A DNA stretch of 32,000 nucleotides, taken from positions 1,440,001 through 1,472,000 of the forward strand of contig OY780959.1 in NCBI GenBank assembly GCA_963675915.1. The letters are read 5' to 3'. The notes beneath the pieces were generated by a model. It was not told the origin of the DNA and searched no databases. It saw only the letters and a program-made list of their open reading frames with translations. Numbering within the stretch: position 1 is the first letter of the stretch; the number at the start of each line of letters is the position of its first letter. This DNA is from Coprobacillaceae bacterium. Its GTDB lineage: Bacteria > Bacillota_I > Bacilli_A > Erysipelotrichales > Coprobacillaceae. A program made the position numbers and the translations under genes. Shown in pieces: positions 1-9,605 of the stretch.

Positions 1-1655
1 GTAATTTTTCCGTCGTCATCAATATCCATATTTATTGCTGCCGGTCTTTTTGGCAGACCAGGCATTCTCATGATCGAACCAGAGATTGCTACCAGGAATC
101 CTGCTCCGACTGATGGAATTATATCTGAAATAGTGATTTCGAAATCACTAGGTCGACCCAATTTGGTTTGGTCATCAGACAGTGAATATTGGGTTTTGGC
201 CATACAGATTGCCAGGTCGCTTAACCCTTGTTGATTGAATTGTCTGATTTTTGTTTTGGCTTTCTTGCTTAAAATCACGCCAGAAGCACCATATACTTCT
301 TTGGCAATGGTATTCAATTTATCTTCAATCGAGCTATCCAGTTCATAGATAGGATGATAGTTGCTTGGTGTTTCCAATGTTTCCATTACTTTATTGGCCA
401 GATCGATTGCGCCATCGCCACCGTTGGCAAATACTGTCGACATTGATACTTTGACTCCGATATTTTCGCACAGCTCTTTTAGAGTCGCGATTTCAGCTTC
501 AGTATCTGTCGGGAAGACGTTGATTGCCACTACACTAGGCAATCCGAATTTATTCATATTTTCCAGATGTTTTTCCAAGTTTTCAAATCCGGCTTTCAAA
601 GCTTCCAGGTTTTCCCCGGCCAGATCAGTCTTATTGACCCCACCATGCATCTTAAGGGCACGGATAGTTGCCACCACGACTGCCATATCCGGTTTCAAAT
701 CACCTTGACGGCATTTGATATCCAGGAATTTTTCAGCTCCCAGATCGGCACCGAATCCCGCTTCAGTGATTGCGATATCCCCAAGTTTCAACGCCAGTTT
801 GGTTGCAATCATCGAATTGCAGCCATGAGCAATATTCGCAAACGGACCACCGTGGATCAAGACCGGATAATGATCAAGAGTCTGAACGATGTTTGGTTTG
901 AAGGCATCTTTAAGCAACAAAGTAACTGCTCCGGTTGCTTCAAGCTCATCAACAGTAACCGGTTCACGGTTGAAGTTGTAAGCCACGATCATTTTACCTA
1001 AACGTTCTTTTAGATCGCTCATTGAAGTAGCCAGGCATAAAACTGCCATTACTTCGCTGGCAACCGCGATATCGAAACCATCTTCACGAGGGACACCTTG
1101 AAGCGGTCCGCCCATTCCAATCACGATATTTCTTAGAGCGCGGTCATTAAGATCGACAACCCGTTTCCAAACGATTCTTCTAACATCGATATTTAAAGGA
1201 TTTCCTTGATGAATCGAATTATCAAGCATTGCCGCAATCAGGTTGTTTGCCGTCGAAATCGCATGAATATCACCCGTGAAATGCAGGTTGATATCTTCCA
1301 TCGGTACTACTTGGGCATATCCGCCCCCAGCAGCTCCACCCTTGATTCCAAAACATGGACCAAGAGAAGGTTCTCTCATTGCAACGATTGTGTTGGTTCC
1401 GATTTGATTCAATCCTTGGGCCAATCCGATCATTGTAGTTGTTTTCCCTTCACCAGCCGGTGTCGGATTAATTGCGGTAACCAATACCAGTTTACCGTCT
1501 TTTTTGTCTTTCAGTTTTTCAATAGCTTCCAAAGAGATTTTGGCTTTGTATTTACCATATAATTCCAAATCATCTTCTTCCAGACCAATTTTTGCAGCGA
1601 CATCCTTAATAGGATCCATCTCAGTGCTTTGAGCAATCTCTACATCACTTAACAT
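1..1655 (-). CDS. fhs: Formate--tetrahydrofolate ligase (partial; the last few C-terminal residues lie beyond the window start)
   Basis: Missing from the ORF track because the frame is open to the window edge. Minus-strand translation from the ATG at 1655-1653 reads [24 protein letters not shown]... It contains the FTHFS signature ...[21 protein letters not shown]... and runs to ...[19 protein letters not shown] at the edge. An SD (GGAAAGGA) lies upstream. The three plus-strand track ORFs here are antisense shadows. Confidence 0.9.
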   Translation of the reverse strand, partial: MLSDVEIAQSTEMDPIKDVAAKIGLEEDDLELYGKYKAKISLEAIEKLKDKKDGKLVLVTAINPTPAGEGKTTTMIGLAQGLNQIGTNTIVAMREPSLGPCFGIKGGAAGGGYAQVVPMEDINLHFTGDIHAISTANNLIAAMLDNSIHQGNPLNIDVRRIVWKRVVDLNDRALRNIVIGMGGPLQGVPREDGFDIAVASEVMAVLCLATSMSDLKERLGKMIVAYNFNREPVTVDELEATGAVTLLLKDAFKPNIVQTLDHYPVLIHGGPFANIAHGCNSMIATKLALKLGDIAITEAGFGADLGAEKFLDIKCRQGDLKPDMAVVVATIRALKMHGGVNKTDLAGENLEALKAGFENLEKHLENMNKFGLPSVVAINVFPTDTEAEIATLKELCENIGVKVSMSTVFANGGDGAIDLANKVMETLETPSNYHPIYELDSSIEDKLNTIAKEVYGASGVILSKKAKTKIRQFNQQGLSDLAICMAKTQYSLSDDQTKLGRPSDFEITISDIIPSVGAGFLVAISGSIMRMPGLPKRPAAINMDIDDDGKI

Positions 1656-1747
1656 TTAATTCATCCTTTCCATTAAATTCACCTATAACTAGAATAACAT
1701 TTTTCAAGTCAACACTCAATCTTTTGTCACACTTTGGGTAAGAAAAC

Positions 1748-1797
1748 AAAAAAAGAGCTCAACAGTCCTAGGCTTGTGCCCAGACGGTCGGCTCTTA
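1748..1797 (-). terminator. Intrinsic terminator acting as the riboswitch expression platform
   Basis: The minus strand reads AAGAGC-CGAC-C-GUCUGGGC-acaa-GCCUAGGAC-u-GUUG-a-GCUCUU followed by U7. The 5' arm contains the aptamer 3' subdomain (CCGACCGUCUGGGC), so aptamer folding and terminator formation are mutually exclusive. Confidence 0.6.
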
Positions 1798-1845
1798 CGA
1801 TTATACTTCATGTGGTCAATTCCACTTCCGTCAGTCGTATAACTA
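1777..1845 (-). promoter_or_regulatory. ZTP (pfl-motif) riboswitch aptamer in the fhs leader
   Basis: The minus-strand RNA reads ACGACUGACGGAAGUGGAAUUGACCACAUGAAG..(linker)..GAGCCGACCGUCUGGGCA. This resembles the two-subdomain ZTP consensus (..GACUGGCG..GGUGG..CCACC.. plus CCGACCGCCUGGGCA). The pseudoknot pair covaries (GACGG/CCGUC instead of GGCG/CGCC). The genomic context, upstream of fhs, is classic for ZTP. Confidence 0.7.
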
Positions 1846-1850
1846 AGCAC

Positions 1851-1879
1851 ATATTACCATGATTGACTACATTTTCCAA
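1851..1879 (-). promoter_or_regulatory. Candidate sigma-A promoter of the fhs leader
   Basis: The minus strand reads TTGGAA (1879-1874), a 17-nt spacer, then TAATAT (1856-1851). TGg precedes the -10 hexamer, giving an extended -10. Confidence 0.5.
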
Positions 1880-1902
1880 CTAATTTTTTCACTTATTTTC
1901 CC

Positions 1903-2994
1903 TTAAAATGAATGGGACTCGATTTTAGTCAGGATCGCATCTTTTCGGGCTCCTTCGACGATTACCGGGTGGAAATCATTGCGCCAGTCAACTGATGAAA
2001 TCGAGCATGGAATGATGTTTTCTTCCAGCGAAACCAGCTTACGATCTTCGAAATTGAGAGTCGTCTGATATATCATCGTATCCTTGTCGCTTGGGTTGCG
2101 GTTACCCCCAAAACAGAAATTCCCCAATGAATAGACAATTCTTTTTCCCTTGTAGGTTTCCAGGCCCTGAAGCACATGGGGATGGGATCCAATCACCAGA
2201 TCGCCCCCGCAGTCAATGGTGTAATGAGCCAGTTCGCGCTGATCGCTATTGGCATCATTGGTGCTCTCGATTCCCCAGTGATAGTAGACCACCACGAAAT
2301 CGCAATCCTGATTGTCTTTGAGATTGGAAATTGCTTCCTTAATAATATCCTTATTATTACCACTAAGCATCGAGTACGATAATGAGCGGTAACCCAGAAA
2401 ACCGATGCGGACTCCGCGGACTTCCTGAATAGCTGCCTCATCGTAACCAAAATGGCCGATTGCCGCTCCATCAAGAGCCGCCTTGGTGTCGCTTAGTCCC
2501 TGAGTGTAATAATCCTCGGAATGATTGTTGGCATAGCTGACCAGATCGACATCACCGAGTTTAAGAATATTCGCATAAGCAGGATCACCTTTGAAGGCAA
2601 ACTTCTTGTCAAGGTGACTGGTGGCCGTGGTTAGTGGACCTTCAAGATTGACAATGGTCAAATCATCATTTTCAAAGACCGACTTGACTCCCTCGAAAAA
2701 ATAATCATCACTTTGTTGCGTGGCCATTTCATCGAAACTTCCCGAATAATAGCTGGTCGCATAGTTTCCCATGGTTACATCACCCGCAAATGAAAGAGTG
2801 ATCGATTCCTTCTGGATTTCTACTACCGGTTCCTCTTCGACCTCTTCAACCGGTTGTTCCGGTTCGGGCTCCTGATTAGCCGTGGTTGTCCCCTCGTCAT
2901 ACGGTCCCTTTGCTGTGGTCGCCAGATGGTAAGCCGGGACTGACAAAGCGGTAATCAACAGCCCCAAAATCACTATGAGTTTCTTTTTAGACAT
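1903..2994 (-). CDS. CapA/PGA_cap-family metallophosphatase-like protein with an N-terminal signal anchor
   Basis: 363-aa ORF. The N-terminus is hydrophobic (MSKKKLIVILGLLITALSVPA). The body shows CapA-like motifs (SFAGDVTMG, NLEGPLT, ANNHSEDY, GSHPHVLQG). The SD GGAGGAAAA lies upstream. Confidence 0.75.
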   Translation of the reverse strand: MSKKKLIVILGLLITALSVPAYHLATTAKGPYDEGTTTANQEPEPEQPVEEVEEEPVVEIQKESITLSFAGDVTMGNYATSYYSGSFDEMATQQSDDYFFEGVKSVFENDDLTIVNLEGPLTTATSHLDKKFAFKGDPAYANILKLGDVDLVSYANNHSEDYYTQGLSDTKAALDGAAIGHFGYDEAAIQEVRGVRIGFLGYRSLSYSMLSGNNKDIIKEAISNLKDNQDCDFVVVYYHWGIESTNDANSDQRELAHYTIDCGGDLVIGSHPHVLQGLETYKGKRIVYSLGNFCFGGNRNPSDKDTMIYQTTLNFEDRKLVSLEENIIPCSISSVDWRNDFHPVIVEGARKDAILTKIESHSF

Positions 2995-3075
2995 GGCATT
3001 TTCCTCCTATATATAAATATACCACAGCCAAAATCATTAATAAAGACGCCAAATTATCGTAAAATCCAATATTGT

Positions 3076-3093
3076 TTGTGATATTCTTAACAA
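3076..3093. promoter_or_regulatory. Rex-like operator candidate
   Basis: TTGTGATATTCTTAACAA has half-sites TTGTGA and TTGTTA (reverse complement) with Rex-type spacing (TTGTGAAnnnnTTCACAA). It lies in the divergent capA-like / NifU-like intergenic region. Confidence 0.35.
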
Positions 3094-3117
3094 ATTTAAT
3101 TAATTTGGTTTGGAACA

Positions 3118-3146
3118 TTGACTAACCCCCTCATTTTTATTATAAT
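3118..3146 (+). promoter_or_regulatory. Near-consensus sigma-A promoter of the NifU-like/GGGtGRT operon
   Basis: TTGACT (3118-3123), an exact 17-nt spacer, then TATAAT (3141-3146). Confidence 0.6.
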
Positions 3147-3217
3147 CCTCCTAGTGGACAAAAAGCCGCTACAATATCAAGTTGCAATCATTACAATATG
3201 AAAGGAGTATTTCAAAG

Positions 3218-3910
3218 ATGAATTACACACACGAAATCGAACAAATGCAATGTGTCAAAATTGGTGCATCGCATGGTTGCGCTCCAATTCCTCAAGAAGG
3301 AAAATGGGTATACTCAAGACAAATCACTGATATTTCAGGATTAACTCACGGTGTTGGTTGGTGTGCTCCTCAACAAGGTGCTTGTAAATTAACATTAAAC
3401 GTTAAAGAAGGTATCATTGAAGAAGCATTAATCGAAACTATCGGATGTTCAGGAATGACTCACTCTGCTGCAATGGCTTCAGAAGCTATCGTAGGGAAAA
3501 CAGTATTAGAAGCATTAAACACAGACTTAGTTTGTGATGCTATCAACACTGCAATGAGAGAATTATTCTTACAAATCGTTTACGGACGTTCTCAAACTGC
3601 ATTCTCAGAAGGTGGATTACCAGTTGGTGCCGGACTTGAAGATTTAGGTAAAGGTTTAAGATCTCAAGTTGGTACAACTTATGCTACTAAAGCAAAAGGA
3701 CCACGTTACTTAGAGTTAGCTGAGGGATATATTACTCGTTTAGGTTTAGATGCTGATGGTGAAACTTGCGGGTACGAATTCATTTCTCTTGGAATTATGA
3801 TGGATTTAATCAAAAAAGGTAAAGATGCTAATGAAGCTATGGCCGAAGCTACAAAAACTTACGGTAGATTCGCTGATGCAGCTACATACATCGATCCAAG
3901 ATGCGAGTAG
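3218..3910 (+). CDS. NifU/IscU-like iron-sulfur scaffold-domain protein with a C-terminal extension
   Basis: The track ORF starts at 3182, but the ATG at 3218 (MNYTHEIEQ...) has an AAAGGAG SD 10 nt upstream. The IscU-like Cys pattern is present (GWCAPQQGACKL..., ETIGCSGMTHSAAMASEAIVGKT..., LVCDAI). Codon usage looks like that of a highly expressed gene (tta, ggt, gct, cgt). Confidence 0.75.
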   Translation: MNYTHEIEQMQCVKIGASHGCAPIPQEGKWVYSRQITDISGLTHGVGWCAPQQGACKLTLNVKEGIIEEALIETIGCSGMTHSAAMASEAIVGKTVLEALNTDLVCDAINTAMRELFLQIVYGRSQTAFSEGGLPVGAGLEDLGKGLRSQVGTTYATKAKGPRYLELAEGYITRLGLDADGETCGYEFISLGIMMDLIKKGKDANEAMAEATKTYGRFADAATYIDPRCE

Positions 3911-3922
3911 GAGGAAGAGATA

Positions 3923-4921
3923 ATGCCATTATTTGAAAGTTATGACCGTAGAATTAATCAAATCAACGCTACATTAGCTCAATACGGGATCAAAGATCTT
4001 GATGAAGCAAAAGCTATCTGTGATGCTAAAGGTGTAGACGTTTACGAAATCGTTAAATCAACACAACCAATTTGTTTTGAAAATGCTTGTTGGGCATACA
4101 TTACTGGTGCTGCAATCGCAATCAAAGAAGGAGCTACTACTGCTGTAGACGCTGCTAAATTGATCGGGGTTGGATTACAATCATTCTGTATCCCTGGTTC
4201 AGTTGCTGACCAACGTAAAGTAGGTCTTGGACATGGTAACTTAGGTTCAATGTTATTGACTGAAGAAACTAAATGTTTCGCTTTCTTGGCTGGACATGAA
4301 TCATTCGCTGCTGCTGAAGGTGCAATCAAAATCGCTGAAGCTGCAAATCGTGTGCGTAAAGATCCTTTACGTGTTATCTTAGATGGACTTGGAAAAGACG
4401 CGGCTAAAATCATTTCAAGAATCAACGGATTCACTCACGTTGAAACTGAATTCGATTATGCTACTGGAGACTTAAAAGAAGTTTCACGTAAATCATACTC
4501 TGACGGACCTCGTGGAAAAGTAAACTGCTATGGTGCTGATGACGTACGTGAAGGTGTTGCAATCATGCACCGTGAAGGTGTTGACGTATCAATCACTGGT
4601 AACTCAACTAACCCTACACGTTTCCAACATCCAGTTGCTGGAACATACAAAAAAGAATGTTTAGAACAAGGTAAAAAATACTTCTCAGTAGCATCTGGTG
4701 GTGGTACTGGACGTACATTACACCCTGATAACATGGCTGCTGGTCCTGCTTCTTACGGTATGACAGATACAATGGGAAGAATGCATAGTGATGCTCAATT
4801 CGCTGGTTCTTCTTCAGTACCTGCTCACGTTGAGATGATGGGATTAATCGGTATGGGTAACAACCCAATGGTTGGTGCTACTGTTGCCGTTGCTGTTGCT
4901 CTTGAAGAAGCTTCTAAATAA
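3923..4921 (+). CDS. GGGtGRT-motif protein (conserved family of unknown function)
   Basis: 332-aa ORF containing the eponymous SVASGGGTGRTLHPDN motif. The start lies 12 nt after the upstream stop, with a GGAGGAAGAG SD. Codon bias matches the upstream gene. Confidence 0.85.
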   Translation: MPLFESYDRRINQINATLAQYGIKDLDEAKAICDAKGVDVYEIVKSTQPICFENACWAYITGAAIAIKEGATTAVDAAKLIGVGLQSFCIPGSVADQRKVGLGHGNLGSMLLTEETKCFAFLAGHESFAAAEGAIKIAEAANRVRKDPLRVILDGLGKDAAKIISRINGFTHVETEFDYATGDLKEVSRKSYSDGPRGKVNCYGADDVREGVAIMHREGVDVSITGNSTNPTRFQHPVAGTYKKECLEQGKKYFSVASGGGTGRTLHPDNMAAGPASYGMTDTMGRMHSDAQFAGSSSVPAHVEMMGLIGMGNNPMVGATVAVAVALEEASK

Positions 4922-4950
4922 TTAGAAACTCTTTATAATATTAGATAATT

Positions 4951-4980
4951 AAGACCTCCTGATTTTCAGGAGGTCTTTTC
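4951..4980 (+). terminator. Intrinsic terminator
   Basis: AAGACCTCCTGA-ttt-TCAGGAGGTCTT forms a 12-bp perfect stem followed by TTTT. Confidence 0.85.
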
Positions 4981-5135
4981 ATATTCCAAATCAGAACCCC
5001 CCCCGCTCTGACTTTATTATCAAAATAATTTATAGAGCATATAAATATCTTTGATAATAATTTATTGTAATGATAATAATAATTGTGCTATTATGTTGTC
5101 ATGTCATATAATTATTGATACGAGGGAGGAAATTT

Positions 5136-6107
5136 ATGAAAGTATTATTTTTAACACAACTAAGCGATGACCGAAGACAATACATTGCTTCAAAGTTTCC
5201 ACAATTGGACTTCATCTTCAGCTCCAGGGAAGGCGTAACCCAGGATGAAGTCAACGATTGTGATGTCTTGGTGGGAAATCCCCGCAACAATGTCAAACTC
5301 AACAGCGCGAAGATGAAAGCAATGTTTCTAAACAGTGCCGGAAGCGACCGCTATATCGGACCGGGCGTCCTCAATGAAAACACGAAACTGGCCAATGCCA
5401 CCGGAGCTCACAGCCGGGCGATGGCTGAACACACAATCGGAATGATTCTGGCGATGAACAAAAACTTCCAAAAATATTTTGCCAATATGCAGGAACATGG
5501 ATGGCATAATTATGGCGGTGGCAAAGAAATCATCAACTCAACCGTGATGATTGTCGGACTAGGCGATATCGGATACAATCTGGCGCGCCGTTTGAAAGCC
5601 TTCGACTGCAAGATTGTCGGAGTCAAAAGATCGATTTCACCGGTACCGGATTATATCGACGAACTTTATACCGTCGACCAGCTTGATGAAGTCCTGCCCC
5701 AAGCTGATTATGTCATTTCCTGTTTGCCTCATACTCCAGCGACAATTCACATCTTCAATTATGAGAGAATGAGCCTGATGAAGGATGATGCCACCCTGGT
5801 AAATATCGGCCGGGGCAGCGCCGTTGCCAGTGAAGATCTCAAGAAAGTGCTCGATGAGGGGAAATTCCATTCAGTCTGTCTTGATGTTACCGAGCCGGAA
5901 CCACTGGACCCTGAAAGCAGCCTGTGGGATTATGAAAGAGTCTTTATCACTCCTCACGTATCGGGTAACTACTACTGGATGTCAGCCCAGGATTACTTTA
6001 CCGACTTGGTAATCAAGAACCTGACCAATTTCATCGAAGAAAAGCCCTTCATCAATGAAGTTGATTTCAAGACCGGTTATGCCAAAGGGAAAACCCGGCT
6101 GTTATAA
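5136..6107 (+). CDS. D-isomer-specific 2-hydroxyacid dehydrogenase family protein (NAD-binding)
   Basis: The ATG at 5136 (MKVLFLTQ...) follows a GAGGGAGG SD, whereas the track start at 5115 has none. There is a GxGxxG motif (VGLGDIGYNLARRL). Family motifs NIGRGS and TPHVSG are present. Confidence 0.85.
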   Translation: MKVLFLTQLSDDRRQYIASKFPQLDFIFSSREGVTQDEVNDCDVLVGNPRNNVKLNSAKMKAMFLNSAGSDRYIGPGVLNENTKLANATGAHSRAMAEHTIGMILAMNKNFQKYFANMQEHGWHNYGGGKEIINSTVMIVGLGDIGYNLARRLKAFDCKIVGVKRSISPVPDYIDELYTVDQLDEVLPQADYVISCLPHTPATIHIFNYERMSLMKDDATLVNIGRGSAVASEDLKKVLDEGKFHSVCLDVTEPEPLDPESSLWDYERVFITPHVSGNYYWMSAQDYFTDLVIKNLTNFIEEKPFINEVDFKTGYAKGKTRLL

Positions 6108-6122
6108 CCCTTCAAAAACACC

Positions 6123-6178
6123 AAAAAGCCCGGACATATCGCATTCGAGTCAAGCACTCGCGATAATCCGGACTTTTT
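6123..6178. terminator. Bidirectional terminator between convergent genes
   Basis: AAAAAG-CCGGA-ca-TATCGC...GCGATA-a-TCCGG-ac-TTTTT. The A-run on one side and the T-run on the other would serve both strands. Confidence 0.7.
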
Positions 6179-6225
6179 AATTTACTTATTTATCAATTCA
6201 ACATTTCTTTGTGCTTCGAAGTTGA

Positions 6226-6702
6226 TTACATGATGCTTCCGACAACTTGGAATGATTCATCAGTATATTGCATGATTTCAAATTTATTTCCATCCGGATC
6301 ACTGACCCACATTTGGTAGGTATTTGATGGTCCTTTGGAAATTTCCGTATCCGGAGTAATTCCCCGTTCCAGCAATTCAGCGCGGGTTTTTTCGATATCA
6401 TCAACCAACAGGGCAAAATGAGAATAACCCAGCCGCTGATTCCAGCTGTCATGAGCTTCTTGGGTTTCACCTTTCGGGAACAGTTCTATGAACTGACCAG
6501 GGGCAATTTCAATATAGACAATGATAACTTTTTCCGGATCGGTTTCTGCCGTTTCGCTGTAATGACCCCGGTTCAGCCCTTTGTAAAGTTTGGCCTTGGT
6601 AACGATTTTAAGGTTCAATCCCAATTTGTTTTCATAGAAGTCGCGCATCACATCCATCTGATCGGTGAAAAATGACACGTGCATAATGCTTTTAAATTCC
6701 AT
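6226..6702 (-). CDS. VOC (glyoxalase/bleomycin-resistance/dioxygenase fold) family protein
   Basis: 158-aa ORF with tandem beta-alpha-beta-beta-beta style modules (HVSFFTDQMDVMRDFYENKLGL..., HFALLVDDIEKTRAELLERGI...). The SD is GAGGAAAAAA. Confidence 0.75.
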   Translation of the reverse strand: MEFKSIMHVSFFTDQMDVMRDFYENKLGLNLKIVTKAKLYKGLNRGHYSETAETDPEKVIIVYIEIAPGQFIELFPKGETQEAHDSWNQRLGYSHFALLVDDIEKTRAELLERGITPDTEISKGPSNTYQMWVSDPDGNKFEIMQYTDESFQVVGSIM

Positions 6703-6866
6703 ATTTTTTCCTCGCTTTTGTTTTTGATTTCATAATTGTTCAAAACCATCTGCTAAAACTATAGCACCCCCATATTCATGATTCAACTAATCAGGCGACT
6801 TAGAAAATAAAGTTCAAAATATGGTGGTGAGATTGCCTGGATTTGGAATGTTTTTTTCCAATTTGA

Positions 6867-6888
6867 AAGGGCCAATAGCTTGGCCCTT
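6867..6888 (-). terminator. Probable terminator downstream of the GH1 pseudogene
   Basis: AAGGGCCAA-tagc-TTGGCCCTT forms a 9-bp stem. The U-tract is weak on the minus strand (UUUCAAAUU). Confidence 0.45.
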
Positions 6889-6894
6889 GAAATA

Positions 6895-8325
<1,431 letters not shown>

Positions 8326-8385
8326 TTAATTGTTTTCCATTATAGCATTTCGAGTTATTTTGACTGGTTATTTTCAAATCACGAT

Positions 8386-8421
8386 AAAAAAAGTCAATTA
8401 ACCATTTTCCGGTTAATTGAC
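8386..8421 (-). terminator. Intrinsic terminator of the esterase gene
   Basis: On the minus strand, GTCAATTAACC-loop-GGTTAATTGAC forms an 11-bp stem followed by T7. Confidence 0.8.
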
Positions 8422-8427
8422 TAAGCA

Positions 8428-9321
8428 TTACTTAAGATGTTTTCTCACAAAGTCGATTACAATATCGAAGATTTCATCCTGATAGAATGCCGGTCCGCCA
8501 TGATCAGCGTAGCGCAGGCGGTAGAAATCAACTTCCTTGTCTTTGGCCTTGAGTTCCTGATAAAGTTTGATGCTGTGGTCAAAAGATACCGTGCGGTCCT
8601 TGGTTCCATGAATCATCAGAATCGGTGGGATATCCCGATCGAGATATTCCATTGGCAGCGTCTTGCGGGCCAATTCGTGATTATCAAGAACATTCACTCT
8701 GCCCAAAAATACTCCTTCAGGGCTGTCGGGCTGTTGATGATTAGGGGTATTCGGAAATCCGTCTGTCATGGTGATGTCGACAACCCCGTAAAAATCGATT
8801 ATCCCGTTGACAACACTTGGATAATCAAGATACAGTTCTCCTTGCAAATCCGCAGCGCCGGTCAGTCCCGTCAACAGGGCGGTATGTCCTCCTGACGAGT
8901 CCCCCCAGACAAATATATTATTCGCGTCAACCCGGTACTGATCCGCATTTTTCCGCAAAAATCTGATGGCATTCTTGGTATCCTCGACTTGAGCCGGGAA
9001 TGGTGCAATCGTACTCTCCCGATATTCCACAATTGCCACTACATAACCCCGATGTGCCAGATAGCCAAAATCTGCCACGTGATTATAAACATTCTGTTTG
9101 AACCAAGCCGAACCTTGGACAAATACCAGGGTGGGATATTTATCAGCTCCATTTTCCCTTTTTGAAGGCTGAATTAGCTGCAACTTCCGCGAAACATCCC
9201 CATAACAGGCATATTCCACATCAGGAACGTAGACGCTGTTCAATTTGCTGTCATCCATGACCAAGGTTTTGATCCCTTCAATCATGGTTTCATTTTCCTT
9301 GAATTCATCATAATCGTACAT
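8428..9321 (-). CDS. Alpha/beta-hydrolase esterase (acetyl/feruloyl-esterase-like), cytoplasmic
   Basis: The ATG at 9321 (MYDYDEF...) has an AAGAGGA SD, whereas the track start at 9339 is a TTG without one. The nucleophile elbow is VWGDSSGGH, and HGTKDRTV lies near the C-terminus. There is no signal peptide. Confidence 0.8.
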   Translation of the reverse strand: MYDYDEFKENETMIEGIKTLVMDDSKLNSVYVPDVEYACYGDVSRKLQLIQPSKRENGADKYPTLVFVQGSAWFKQNVYNHVADFGYLAHRGYVVAIVEYRESTIAPFPAQVEDTKNAIRFLRKNADQYRVDANNIFVWGDSSGGHTALLTGLTGAADLQGELYLDYPSVVNGIIDFYGVVDITMTDGFPNTPNHQQPDSPEGVFLGRVNVLDNHELARKTLPMEYLDRDIPPILMIHGTKDRTVSFDHSIKLYQELKAKDKEVDFYRLRYADHGGPAFYQDEIFDIVIDFVRKHLK

Positions 9322-9370
9322 TTTCTGTCCTCTTTTCAATAATTTTAAGCTCAGGATGGGTGACTATTAA

Positions 9371-9392
9371 AACCCGGATTGACCCTGGTTCC
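9371..9392 (-). terminator. Terminator-like hairpin inside the esterase 5' leader (possible attenuator)
   Basis: The minus strand reads AACCAGGG-ucaa-UCCGGGUU followed by UUUUAAU. It lies about 50 nt upstream of the esterase start and downstream of the 9462-9490 promoter. Confidence 0.3.
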
Positions 9393-9461
9393 AACTGATA
9401 TCATTAATATTATTGCAATGATAATCCCCCAGTGAAACTCTCACCACCTGCTCATATCAAA

Positions 9462-9490
9462 ATTATATATTGTATTATAATACCTGTCAA
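9462..9490 (-). promoter_or_regulatory. Consensus sigma-A promoter for the esterase gene
   Basis: The minus strand reads TTGACA (9490-9485), a 17-nt spacer, then TATAAT (9467-9462). This implies a leader of about 130 nt. Confidence 0.6.
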
Positions 9491-9554
9491 TGTTGTCACA
9501 GTTTATTTTGATAACTACCTGTTCCAGCCAGTTTCAATCCGATTCGACAACACC

Positions 9555-9580
9555 AAAAAAGAGTCGCAAGTTGCGACCCC
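9555..9580 (-). terminator. Intrinsic terminator of the oxidoreductase gene
   Basis: The minus strand reads GGGGTCGC-aactt-GCGACTC followed by T6. Confidence 0.7.
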
Positions 9581-9605
9581 GTTTTGGTAATCATCCATCA
9601 GGATA

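Noticed and set aside
361-1562. Three plus-strand track ORFs (361..708, 567..1001, 1206..1562).
   Set aside because: They are antisense shadows of fhs. The minus strand encodes an uninterrupted FTHFS with its signature motif, and the plus-strand products are low-complexity with no SD.
3182-3217. Upstream extension of the NifU-like ORF given by the track (start 3182).
   Set aside because: The 3182 start is non-ATG and has no SD. The ATG at 3218 has AAAGGAG at ideal spacing.
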